Origin: Candidatus Woesearchaeota archaeon
Lineage (GTDB): Archaea > Nanobdellota > Nanobdellia > SCGC-AAA011-G17 > UBA489
Direction: 5' to 3'
DNA: 41,238 nt
Assembly (NCBI GenBank): GCA_016177265.1
Contig: JACOVP010000020.1
Span: 1-41,238, forward strand
Shown: in pieces, positions 25,978 through 34,055 of the stretch
Layout of the letters: every line of letters begins with the position of its first letter
Numbering within the stretch: the stretch's first letter is position 1
Notes under the pieces: model-generated
Seen by the model: only the letters and a program-made list of their open reading frames with translations
What the model was told of the DNA's origin: nothing
Databases searched by the model: none
Translations under genes and position numbers: made by a program

Positions 25978-27018
25978 ATGGCTAATTGCAAAAAGCAGGT
26001 GTCAAAAAGACAAAAGATAGTATTGGTAATTCTCCTGCTTATACTAGGGTATAATATGCATTTCGTCGCTGCAGATTTTTCAGAGGCATTTACGCAGGCA
26101 GTAACCTCTTTCTTCAGAGGTAATGGTAACCTTATCACGGGCATGCCAACAGCAAGAGAGTCAAATGTTTCAGCTACAGTCGGGAATAACGTTCCAGTAG
26201 TCGAAGCAGTTGATGGTCCAGGCGGTAATTCCATTAGTGCACAAGCTGCTACTGAAGACAACATTACTGACTTGCTAGTAACTTTCGTAGTCAATGACTC
26301 GAATGGGGTAGCGGATATTAATTTGACAGGCGTCAACATCACACTCTATAACAGCACATATATCTCTACTGATGTCAACTACTACAGCTATAATACCTCG
26401 TGCGATAACACTGCCAATCTCACAACAACGCAAATGAACGTCAGTTGCACAATAGAAATCTGGTACTGGTACACGTCAGGAGAATGGAATTTGACAGCGG
26501 GAGTTTCAGACTTTTCAGATGCGGCAGCAGAAAATGCTACTAACTTCACCATCGATGAATCAACAGGCATTGTCATCTCGCCAACGAGTATCACCTTCCC
26601 TAGCCTGACTTTGGGAGCAGAAAACACCACCTCAGACAACGATCCTATCGTCATCAATAACACCTTGAACGACTACATCGATCAAAACAACACGAGAGTC
26701 ACTGGTTTAGATCTCGTTGGTGAAACCGATCCAGGTGCACAAGCCATCACGACAGAGAACTTCACGGTCAGCGAAAGCACAGGTGAAACTCCTCCATTAG
26801 AATGCTCATTTATTGGCGATAATTTAAATAACTCGCGCCTGATCAACAACACCGCAATAAATGTCAACATGTCAATCTTGTCAGCAGGTAATCGTAGCAT
26901 CTCTGGAGAAGGCGTCGAGCAGATCTATGTCTGTATCCCCCTTGTCCCTGAAGGTCTTGTAGCGCAAACGTATTCTACAGCAAATGGCACAACAGGATGG
27001 ACAGTATCGGTGGTATAA
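25978..27018 (+). CDS. secreted protein, paralog C: signal peptide plus stand-alone copy of the shared C-terminal domain (346 aa)
   Basis: VEAVDGPGGNSISAQAATEDNITDL...TTGWTVSVV aligns end to end with the last about 270 aa of paralogs A and B. Own TTTATAAA box 30 nt upstream. Confidence 0.8.
   Translation: MANCKKQVSKRQKIVLVILLLILGYNMHFVAADFSEAFTQAVTSFFRGNGNLITGMPTARESNVSATVGNNVPVVEAVDGPGGNSISAQAATEDNITDLLVTFVVNDSNGVADINLTGVNITLYNSTYISTDVNYYSYNTSCDNTANLTTTQMNVSCTIEIWYWYTSGEWNLTAGVSDFSDAAAENATNFTIDESTGIVISPTSITFPSLTLGAENTTSDNDPIVINNTLNDYIDQNNTRVTGLDLVGETDPGAQAITTENFTVSESTGETPPLECSFIGDNLNNSRLINNTAINVNMSILSAGNRSISGEGVEQIYVCIPLVPEGLVAQTYSTANGTTGWTVSVV
26671..26868 (+). repeat. near-identical dispersed block, copy 3 (paralog C)
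   Basis: Same block, slightly more diverged, with a short substituted stretch (ggtgaaaccgatccaggtgcacaa) and long identical runs on both sides. Confidence 0.75.
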
Positions 27019-27019
27019 A

Positions 27020-27649
27020 ATGAACAACGCACAATATATACAAAAAGTACTCCTCATGATAGGGCTAATAACATTAGCAAGTAGCGTTGTTGCTGCGTTT
27101 GGTGTGACGGCTCCTTACTGGAAAGGAAGCCCTCTAACGCTCACTCCTGGTGAAACAAGAGAAATAACATTTACCTTGCAAAATATGGTGGGGGACGACG
27201 ATCTTCGTGTTCGAGTTGAACTTCTTCAGGATAAAAGATATGTAGAACTTATCGACACAGAGACAGAATATGAAATCCCAGCAAAAACCAAAGATATCCC
27301 TGTTCGCATCAGGATAAAAATTCCCATAGATATACAGCTTGGAACTACATTTCCCATACGACTGTCGTTTACCAGCACCTCTAAACTAGGAAGCCAGCAA
27401 GTCCAGCTTGGAACAGGCATTGAGAAAACATTTGATGTCATCATTGAGGGAGGAGAACCTGCAAAACAAGTAGCAGAAACACCAGCAGAAAAGCCATCAG
27501 CCCAGCAATATCAACTTCTGAGAAAACCGGCAACACCTGCTCTAATTGTCTTAATCATGGTCTTTATCCTCTGGTTTGTCCTCAGAAAACACAGAAAAAA
27601 ATTGCAGGAAAGGAAAGAATCCTCTGCTGACAACAATGCAAGATGGTAA
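27020..27649 (+). CDS. secreted beta-sandwich-like protein with C-terminal TM anchor
   Basis: Signal peptide VLLMIGLITLASSVVAAFG. PLTLTPGETREITFTLQN strand pattern. C-terminal PALIVLIMVFILWFVLRKHRKK. ATG 27020 chosen (GGTGGT 5 nt upstream, 1 nt after the paralog C stop). Confidence 0.7.
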   Translation: MNNAQYIQKVLLMIGLITLASSVVAAFGVTAPYWKGSPLTLTPGETREITFTLQNMVGDDDLRVRVELLQDKRYVELIDTETEYEIPAKTKDIPVRIRIKIPIDIQLGTTFPIRLSFTSTSKLGSQQVQLGTGIEKTFDVIIEGGEPAKQVAETPAEKPSAQQYQLLRKPATPALIVLIMVFILWFVLRKHRKKLQERKESSADNNARW

Positions 27650-29090
27650 ATATTTTATCTCCTTTCGACAGCTGTTCTTTATTCTAGTTCTAGTACTCCT
27701 CGCTATGCGACTTTCCTTCTATCAAAAAGAAGAGCAAAAAACAATAATTGATGCAGCCTCTGTCTTTGATGCAGCCGCCACCACAGGGCTGACTAACATT
27801 TCCGCAACCGTCATCGACAGTTCACCATTCATCACGATCACTAATCCAGAGAACAAAACGTATGAAAATAATGAAAGCGTAGAGCTAAACATCTCGGTTG
27901 CGAATATGTCCTCTCTTTCTATCGATCAGGCGTTCTATAATCTTGATGATACTGATAATATTACCTTGACGTTGGACAGCAATAATGAAAACAGGACATT
28001 CTTTGGTACAGCTGAGGGTTCACACACATTGAAAGTTTTCGCTAATAATACAGCAAATGAGCTCAACAGCACGTCAGTAGACTTATTCTTAAACAGATCG
28101 ATTCGTTTTCATGTCAACTACTCTAAATACGATGCATTGACCACAGCGTTCAGTACGCTGAATGAGTCAGACTTGGAAACGATACAGAACATGATCTTAG
28201 AGATATCTTCATTTGGCAAGATTGAATTTAATGAGGTAATTAATATGACAGATGATAATATAACGGATGAGAATGTCGATATTAATCCAGATTACCATAT
28301 CAATATCACAAGCATGCTTATCTTTATCAATGAAACCGTCTTTCCAAATTTGGAAGGCAAACAAGCTTCAATTGCTTTCTACAATGTATCCTTTGCTAAC
28401 CCTAGGGTTCTTAGAAATGGAGTAGCATGTCCTGTAACTATCTGCACATCACAGACTCTTGCAAACCAAATACTAACAGTGAGCATATCAGGCTTTTCAC
28501 AGTATGAAGTAGAAGAAGGTGAAGGTGAGGGTGCAGGAGGAGGTGGTGGGGGCGGTGGAGTTGGAGGTGGAGGCGGAGGTGGCGGAGGAGTTGCTACTAC
28601 CGCTACGTATAATTTAGACGAGGTAGATGAGCAGACCAATCTTCTTGCTAGAATCGGTAAAATATTCATTATCTGGAAAGGAGAAGAATATACCGCTCGT
28701 GTTGGAAAGCCTTCGCCAAGCATAGTCTTGATTGATTTTACAGTTCTTGGAGCAAAATTAATGCTAAGCGTTGGGCAAACAAGTACACTAGATCTCGATA
28801 ATGATGGGGAAGTAGATATAAGAATAAAAGTAGAGGATATGAAAAGCAACTTTCTCATTCTAACAGTGAGTGCTCTACGACCGAGAAGCGAACCCTCTAG
28901 AGATATTAAAAAACAAGAGGAAGAACCAAAGCCATTACCAAGGTCACTCATCACGATCACAAAAAAAGCATTACTCAATAAAGATCTCCTAGGAATAATT
29001 CTTTTATTAATTGTTGCTGGCATTATTGTTGAAGTTGAACGCCGCAAGAAAATGAAGAGTCATAAAGGAAGAGCTTTGCACAATAAATAG
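27636..29090 (+). CDS. sequon-rich surface protein with poly-Gly linker and C-terminal TM anchor
   Basis: N-terminal signal anchor FFILVLVLLAMRL. Ig-like ITITNPENKTYENNESVELN.... Linker GEGEGAGGGGGGGGVGGGGGGGGGV. C-terminal LLGIILLLIVAGIIVEVERRKK. First ATG of the track ORF. Confidence 0.7.
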   Translation: MQDGKYFISFRQLFFILVLVLLAMRLSFYQKEEQKTIIDAASVFDAAATTGLTNISATVIDSSPFITITNPENKTYENNESVELNISVANMSSLSIDQAFYNLDDTDNITLTLDSNNENRTFFGTAEGSHTLKVFANNTANELNSTSVDLFLNRSIRFHVNYSKYDALTTAFSTLNESDLETIQNMILEISSFGKIEFNEVINMTDDNITDENVDINPDYHINITSMLIFINETVFPNLEGKQASIAFYNVSFANPRVLRNGVACPVTICTSQTLANQILTVSISGFSQYEVEEGEGEGAGGGGGGGGVGGGGGGGGGVATTATYNLDEVDEQTNLLARIGKIFIIWKGEEYTARVGKPSPSIVLIDFTVLGAKLMLSVGQTSTLDLDNDGEVDIRIKVEDMKSNFLILTVSALRPRSEPSRDIKKQEEEPKPLPRSLITITKKALLNKDLLGIILLLIVAGIIVEVERRKKMKSHKGRALHNK

Positions 29091-29101
29091 TCCTTTTCTT
29101 C

Positions 29102-29157
29102 AGCAGATGCAATCTACGTCACGAGCAAAGGTTTTTGTGCTTGTCCTCTCATCTGCT
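29102..29157 (-). other. 8-bp inverted repeat spanning the tnpB stop codon (candidate omega-RNA stem or bidirectional terminator)
   Basis: AGCAGATG (29102..29109) and CATCTGCT (29150..29157). Lies between convergent genes separated by only 23 nt. Confidence 0.3.
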
Positions 29158-30214
29158 CATCAGAATTTACCCTTTCCAACGTGGGCTGATAAGGGTTTAC
29201 TCTTAGAGTGGAGGACTTCTGGGCAGAAGCGACTACCCCTAGTCCAAGCATATAGCTCAGACCCCGTTTGCCGATATTGAAGGCTGCATTTCTGTCGGCA
29301 TTGTCTCGATATCCACAACTACACACAAACCAATTCTTTGTTCTTGTTCCTGGAGTGCCACAGACACTACAGGTTTTCGAGGTGAATGCTTCTGACACAG
29401 TGATCAAAGGCACACCTCGTTCCTTGGCTTTGTACATTACGAGTTGTGTGAGCTTGTAGTGGGAAAATCCTGAGAGTTTTCTGTTGAATGTTCTTCCCTT
29501 ATTTTTTTGAAGATTATGTAGTGCGCCTAAGACAATGGCTGCTTTTTTCTTTTGTGCTTCATGGATGATGTACTTTGAGACTGCATGCAGTTGAGCATGT
29601 ACTTTTCTTCTTTCTTTATTCTTTATTTTTTTGATGATCTGGAACTTCTTCTGCTGTCCTAATTGTTTTCTCAGATAGTAGTATTTTCCTTTGATGTGCT
29701 TCAGTTTCTTGCCTAAGAAGCGCGTTGTTTTTGTTCGGAGATCAACCATAGTTACAGGATTCTTTAGTCCTAGATCAATGCCAAGGATAGTTTTTGGAGC
29801 ATATACATGCTGTTCAGGAATATCCATGCAGAAATGCACATAATACTTCTCGTTTTTTCTGATCAGATAAGAATCTTTCAAGCTATATCTCTTTGGTAGT
29901 GGTTGATGAAAATGCAAGGGCAACCAGATGCCTTGACCTTTTCTCTTGCTATTTGGTATTTTAATCCAATGCTTTGTTAACTTCGTTTCTCTTACTCTGA
30001 ACCAGTCTTTGATGAAGCGCGATTGCAGAAGCAATGGATAAGACTTGTACTTGATGACTTTTTGTTTGAATCCTTTTGCAGCCTTGAAAGCACTTAATAA
30101 TCCATGATCAATGCCAAAGATCATCCACCATTGATAATTGTTATAGTCCGCGTCTAACCATGTTTGTTTTCTTTTTGTCAACCCAATGACTGACGCTCTG
30201 ATTGTTTTTTCCAT
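29114..30214 (-). CDS. tnpB: TnpB-like (IS200/IS605 OrfB-type) RuvC/Zn-ribbon protein; no tnpA nearby
   Basis: ILGIDLGLKNP (RuvC-I Asp147), YKAKERGVPLITVSEAFTSKTCSVCG...FVCSCGYRDNADRNAAFNIGKRG (Zn ribbon CxxC..CxC plus RuvC-III Asp307). Numbering from ATG 30214, which sits 24 nt from a minus-sense TATATAAA box. The canonical RuvC-II Glu position reads IVLGAL (Gly230). Confidence 0.85.
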   Translation of the reverse strand: MEKTIRASVIGLTKRKQTWLDADYNNYQWWMIFGIDHGLLSAFKAAKGFKQKVIKYKSYPLLLQSRFIKDWFRVRETKLTKHWIKIPNSKRKGQGIWLPLHFHQPLPKRYSLKDSYLIRKNEKYYVHFCMDIPEQHVYAPKTILGIDLGLKNPVTMVDLRTKTTRFLGKKLKHIKGKYYYLRKQLGQQKKFQIIKKIKNKERRKVHAQLHAVSKYIIHEAQKKKAAIVLGALHNLQKNKGRTFNRKLSGFSHYKLTQLVMYKAKERGVPLITVSEAFTSKTCSVCGTPGTRTKNWFVCSCGYRDNADRNAAFNIGKRGLSYMLGLGVVASAQKSSTLRVNPYQPTLERVNSDEQMRGQAQKPLLVT

Positions 30215-30238
30215 AGAATTACCGATTATTGTTTTCCC

Positions 30239-30246
30239 TTTATATA
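30239..30246 (-). promoter_or_regulatory. TATA box of tnpB-like gene
   Basis: Minus-sense TATATAAA, 24 nt upstream of ATG 30214. Confidence 0.5.
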
Positions 30247-30354
30247 CTTCAGTGGGGTGTTTGAGAAGTGCAGTGCTACTCAACAGTATGCAAAAAACAC
30301 CGAAAACTTTTCGGAATATATGATTTATTGTGCAAAGCCTAAAGGAAGAAAACA

Positions 30355-30362
30355 TTTATAAT
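30355..30362 (+). promoter_or_regulatory. TATA box of topA
   Basis: TTTATAAT, 24 nt upstream of ATG 30387. Confidence 0.5.
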
Positions 30363-30386
30363 GGCTTCTGTGCTCGTAATGTTTTC

Positions 30387-32489
30387 ATGCCAGAAAAATA
30401 TGAACTCCTCATTGCAGAGAAGCCAACCAGTGCGAAGAAGATAGCAGAAGCTTTGGCAGACGAGAAAGTAGCGCAGGAAAAAAACAAAAAAGTTACATAC
30501 TATATACTTGCGCATAAAGGAAAAAAGATCGTCATAGCAAGTTGCCTCGGTCATCTCTACGGGCTTGTGGAAAAAGACAAGAAAGGCTGGACATATCCGG
30601 TATTCAGCTACGAATGGAAACCGATTTACGAAAATGGCAAAGCAATGACGCAGACGAAAGAATTTATCAACACGTTAAAGAAACTCGCAAAGAACGCAGA
30701 ATCATTCACAGTCTGTACAGATTATGATGATGAAGGAACTGTTCTCGGCTTAAATGCAGTCCGTTTTGCCTGTAATCAGAAAGATGCCAACCGGATGAAG
30801 TTCTCCACCTTGACAAAAAAAGATTTAGTAGAATCTTACGAACACAAAATGAAGCATCTCGACTGGGATCAAGCATACGCAGGTTTAACTAGACATGAAT
30901 TAGATTGGATTTATGGTATTAACAATTCTCGTGCTTTAACCTTGGCGTTGAAAACTGCAGGCATTTTTAAAATACTCTCCACAGGACGTGTCCAAGGCCC
31001 AGCATTAAAAATCATTGTTGATAAAGATCGGGAAATTATAAAATTCACACCAGAACCTTTTTGGCAGATCAAATTAGAGGGAGCAGCAGACAAACAATCA
31101 GTTACTGCTTGGCACACAGAAGACAAATTCTGGGAAAAACAAAAAGCAGAAGGGGTGATGAAGAGAACGAAAGGAAAGAAGGCAGTTGTTGTTTCTATAA
31201 AAAAGAAAGAGATGCTTGTTGCTCCACCATTTCCCTTTGATCTCACAACACTGCAAACAGAAGCTTACCGTTGTTTTGGTATCAGCCCAAAAGAAACCAT
31301 GTCCATCACACAAAATCTGTATCTCAATGGATATATCTCCTATCCTCGTTCAAGCTCCAATAAGCTGCCACCGAATCTCGAGTATCAGAAAATCATCCAG
31401 GATCTAGGAAAACAAAAGAGCTATAGGGAATTGGTAGTACAACTGTTGAAGAAAAAAATATTAAAACCAAATGAAGGACCAAAAATAGATCCAGCACATC
31501 CGGCAATTCATGCGACAGGTGAAGTACCAAAGAAATTGACTGAAAGAGAAGCAAAATTATACGATTTAGTTGTACGAAGAACTCTGGCAACCTTTGCAGA
31601 CCCAGCTAAGAATGAACTCATGAAAGTAGAGATTGACGTGAACAAAGAGCTATTTGTTGCACGTGGTGCCGTCACCAAAGAACAGGGATGGTATCTGTTT
31701 TACGGAGCATATGCCAAAGAAAAGCACGAAGAACTGCCGCCCATGAAAGAAGGGATGGAAATCAAAAATCCAGTTATTACTCAACTCGAAGATCAAACAA
31801 AACCACCGAAGCGTTTTACTCCAGCATCTATCATAAAAGAACTTGAGTCCCGTGGGCTCGGAACAAAGTCTACAAGATCAACTATTATTGATACATTGTA
31901 TCAACGCCACTATATCAACGAAAAATCCATCGAAGCAACCAAACTAGGCATCGCCACAGTAGAAACGCTGGAAAAATACTGCCCAGAAATTCTTGACGAA
32001 CAATTGACACGCCATTTTGAAGAGGAAATGGAGCAAATTAGGGAAGAGAAGAAAAAACCAGAAGAAATCATTGATGAAGTCAAAACAGAATTGACAAAGA
32101 TTTTAACAAACTTCAAGAAGCACGAGAAAGACATTGGCAAAGGATTATTGCAGGCAACCAAAGAAACACGGACAGAGATGAGCACCATAGGCCCTTGTCC
32201 GGTCTGCAAGCAAGGAGAGCTCCAATTACGGTATGCAAGAAAGTTCAAGAGCAATTTTGTCGGTTGTTCTGCCTATCCAAAATGTACTGCTACGTTCAGT
32301 CTGCCGCAAGGACTGCCAAAAGTCACCAAAACGTTTTGTAAAGAGTGCAACTATCCGCAGGTCATGATCATTCGTCAAGGCAAACGTCCTTTCAACTACT
32401 GTATTAATAAAAATTGTAAGCTGAAACAGGAATGGTTAGAGCAACAAAACTCAAAAATGGAAACCATCAAAGTCAATAGTGAAGAGTGA
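30387..32489 (+). CDS. topA: type IA DNA topoisomerase (archaeal TopA-like) with C-terminal zinc ribbons
   Basis: Toprim LLIAEKPTSAKKIAEAL and TDYDDEG. Active-site GYISYPRSSS. CPVCKQG..CSAYPKC and CKECNYP..CINKNC. Start ATG 30387 (TTTATAAT 24 nt upstream) rather than the track GTG 30330. Confidence 0.9.
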   Translation: MPEKYELLIAEKPTSAKKIAEALADEKVAQEKNKKVTYYILAHKGKKIVIASCLGHLYGLVEKDKKGWTYPVFSYEWKPIYENGKAMTQTKEFINTLKKLAKNAESFTVCTDYDDEGTVLGLNAVRFACNQKDANRMKFSTLTKKDLVESYEHKMKHLDWDQAYAGLTRHELDWIYGINNSRALTLALKTAGIFKILSTGRVQGPALKIIVDKDREIIKFTPEPFWQIKLEGAADKQSVTAWHTEDKFWEKQKAEGVMKRTKGKKAVVVSIKKKEMLVAPPFPFDLTTLQTEAYRCFGISPKETMSITQNLYLNGYISYPRSSSNKLPPNLEYQKIIQDLGKQKSYRELVVQLLKKKILKPNEGPKIDPAHPAIHATGEVPKKLTEREAKLYDLVVRRTLATFADPAKNELMKVEIDVNKELFVARGAVTKEQGWYLFYGAYAKEKHEELPPMKEGMEIKNPVITQLEDQTKPPKRFTPASIIKELESRGLGTKSTRSTIIDTLYQRHYINEKSIEATKLGIATVETLEKYCPEILDEQLTRHFEEEMEQIREEKKKPEEIIDEVKTELTKILTNFKKHEKDIGKGLLQATKETRTEMSTIGPCPVCKQGELQLRYARKFKSNFVGCSAYPKCTATFSLPQGLPKVTKTFCKECNYPQVMIIRQGKRPFNYCINKNCKLKQEWLEQQNSKMETIKVNSEE

Positions 32490-33065
32490 TTCCTGTTGTT
32501 GTGGTTGTTTGAGCATGATTTTTCTCGGATCTTTTTGTAACTCAATCACGCGCTGTCCAGATCGCAACAAGATAGCACCCCCAACAATTTTCTGCTCTTG
32601 TGTTTCAACATCAGTATACACCTGGTTTGTAACAATGATAGGAAGACGACTCGCATACGATCGTAAGGTATTCACCTGAGTTATAAGCATGCGATTCGCC
32701 AATAATAATTTACTTTTCAGTAATCGCCTATAATAATATCCCAAAGTATCCACAATGAGTAAGCCAACGTTTGGTTGTTTAATAAACTGCTCTAATTTCA
32801 TAATCTGCTCATGCTGTCCCTTAAAACTCGTTGGCCGAAAGAGAATAATCTGATCTAAGTACTTGTTAGCATCCTCTCCAGCCAGTTGTTGAAATCGCTC
32901 CACAAAAAATCCTTTCTCAGTATCTATAAAAATGACCTTCTTTCCTTGTCTGACTGTGTATAAAACGGCAGTTAAGCAGAGCAATGTTTTTCCAGTAGCA
33001 GGCCCTCCATAGACCACAGTCAAAGAAAGTGGTAAGTCTCCAAGAAAATCTTGCATCAAGTTCAT
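32451..33065 (-). CDS. radB: RadB/KaiC-like RecA-superfamily ATPase
   Basis: Walker A VYGGPATGKTLLCL, Walker B LLIVDTL, IIVTNQVY. About 200 aa, like archaeal RadB. Confidence 0.65.
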   Translation of the reverse strand: MNLMQDFLGDLPLSLTVVYGGPATGKTLLCLTAVLYTVRQGKKVIFIDTEKGFFVERFQQLAGEDANKYLDQIILFRPTSFKGQHEQIMKLEQFIKQPNVGLLIVDTLGYYYRRLLKSKLLLANRMLITQVNTLRSYASRLPIIVTNQVYTDVETQEQKIVGGAILLRSGQRVIELQKDPRKIMLKQPQQQESLFTIDFDGFHF

Positions 33066-33174
33066 AGGTGCTTCTGAAGGAGTAGTCTTTAAAACAATTT
33101 AGTTCTTAAAACCGTAAGATTTATATACTCTAAATGATTATAATAGAGTATAAATAGATGTAAAATGATGAATA

Positions 33175-33705
33175 ATGATTATATCAAACAGCTCGCCATT
33201 AATCTTGTTAGCAAAAATAAGTAGGCTAGAACTGCTTAAGAGAATGTATCAAACAATATATATCCCAAGAGAAGTCTTTAATGAAGTAATAATCAAAGGC
33301 AAAGAAGAGCAATATAGCGATGCATTCTTTATCGAAAAGCAGATCAATGATAGCATACATGTCAAGGAGTTAAAAACAGCATGGAAAATTGAAGCGGAAA
33401 AATTGAAGAAAATACTGGGAAGCGGAGAAAGTGAGGCAATTGCACTGGCATTACAAGAAAAAGCAAAACTCTTGCTTATGGATAATATAGAACCAAAAAG
33501 AATTGCTGAACTGAAGAATATAAAATGCAGAAGTACCCCGGGCATCTTATTAGAAGCATTGAAAAAGAGAATAATAAAACCTAGAGAGTATATAGAAGAT
33601 ATCAAGAAACTTGCTTCATTTGCTTGGTTATCGGCAGATGTTGTAGCATATTTTTTAGAAGAAGGATTTAAACATAGAAAAGGTGAGAATCATGAAAATA
33701 AATAG
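33175..33705 (+). CDS. PIN-like nuclease domain protein (DUF3368-type toxin)
   Basis: IISNSSPLILLAKISRLELLKRMYQTIYIPREVFNEV and GSGESEAIALA match the DUF3368/PIN pattern. Confidence 0.7.
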   Translation: MIISNSSPLILLAKISRLELLKRMYQTIYIPREVFNEVIIKGKEEQYSDAFFIEKQINDSIHVKELKTAWKIEAEKLKKILGSGESEAIALALQEKAKLLLMDNIEPKRIAELKNIKCRSTPGILLEALKKRIIKPREYIEDIKKLASFAWLSADVVAYFLEEGFKHRKGENHENK

Positions 33706-34006
33706 AGTAAGTTTAACTGTTCCTGCAGAAATATTGGAGCAATCAGAAAAAATAGCAAAAGAGAAGGCAGAAGATAGATCAACGACAATGAGAGAGCTCC
33801 TGCGATTAGGAATAAAGCAGTATATGGCAGAAAGAGCATTAGCACTCTATGCTGAAGGAAAAATAAGCCTAGAAAAAGCCGCAGAAATGGCAGAGATATC
33901 TTTATGGAAAATATTAGACTTATTAAAAGAAAGAAAAATACCTCTCCATTACTCAGTAGATGACATCAAAAAAGAAATCCGTGATATTCTTTCACAGAAT
34001 GCTTAA
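33692..34006 (+). CDS. RHH plus UPF0175-type antitoxin-like protein
   Basis: ALALYAEGKISLEKAAEMAEISLWKILDLLKERKIPLHYS is UPF0175-like. N-terminal VSLTVPAEILEQ is ribbon-helix-helix-like. ATG 33692 preceded by AGGTGA; overlaps the PIN gene by 14 nt. Confidence 0.65.
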   Translation: MKINRVSLTVPAEILEQSEKIAKEKAEDRSTTMRELLRLGIKQYMAERALALYAEGKISLEKAAEMAEISLWKILDLLKERKIPLHYSVDDIKKEIRDILSQNA

Positions 34007-34024
34007 TAAAACATGAAAAGAATA

Positions 34025-34032
34025 TTTATATA
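34025..34032 (+). promoter_or_regulatory. TATA box retained in front of the MTAP remnant
   Basis: TTTATATA, 23 nt upstream of ATG 34056. Confidence 0.45.
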
Positions 34033-34055
34033 GGAACACGTATTCTTTTTTGCCC

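Noticed and set aside
21037-26868. Diversity-generating retroelement (template/variable repeat) explanation for the near-identical 3' blocks, since DGRs are known in DPANN archaea
   Set aside because: No reverse transcriptase ORF is in the window. All three copies are in-frame coding sequence. The mismatches I see (G/A in both directions, C/G, C/T) are not restricted to adenine positions of one copy. Gene conversion is the simpler reading.
30215-30386. Overlapping N-terminal extensions of the TnpB ORF (to 30355) and the topA ORF (from GTG 30330)
   Set aside because: Both extensions run through each other's promoter region and contain the TATA boxes (30239..30246, 30355..30362). The extensions encode hydrophobic or low-complexity sequence unrelated to either family. 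The palindrome CCGAAAAcTTTTCGG (30300..30314) here might be an IS left-end hairpin, but I could not pair it with a matching right-end structure, so no element boundaries are claimed.
33160-33180. ATGATGA (C-box-like) just upstream of the PIN gene as a C/D-box sRNA
   Set aside because: No D box (CTGA) at the appropriate distance and no terminal stem. The motif is part of an AT-rich promoter/start region.
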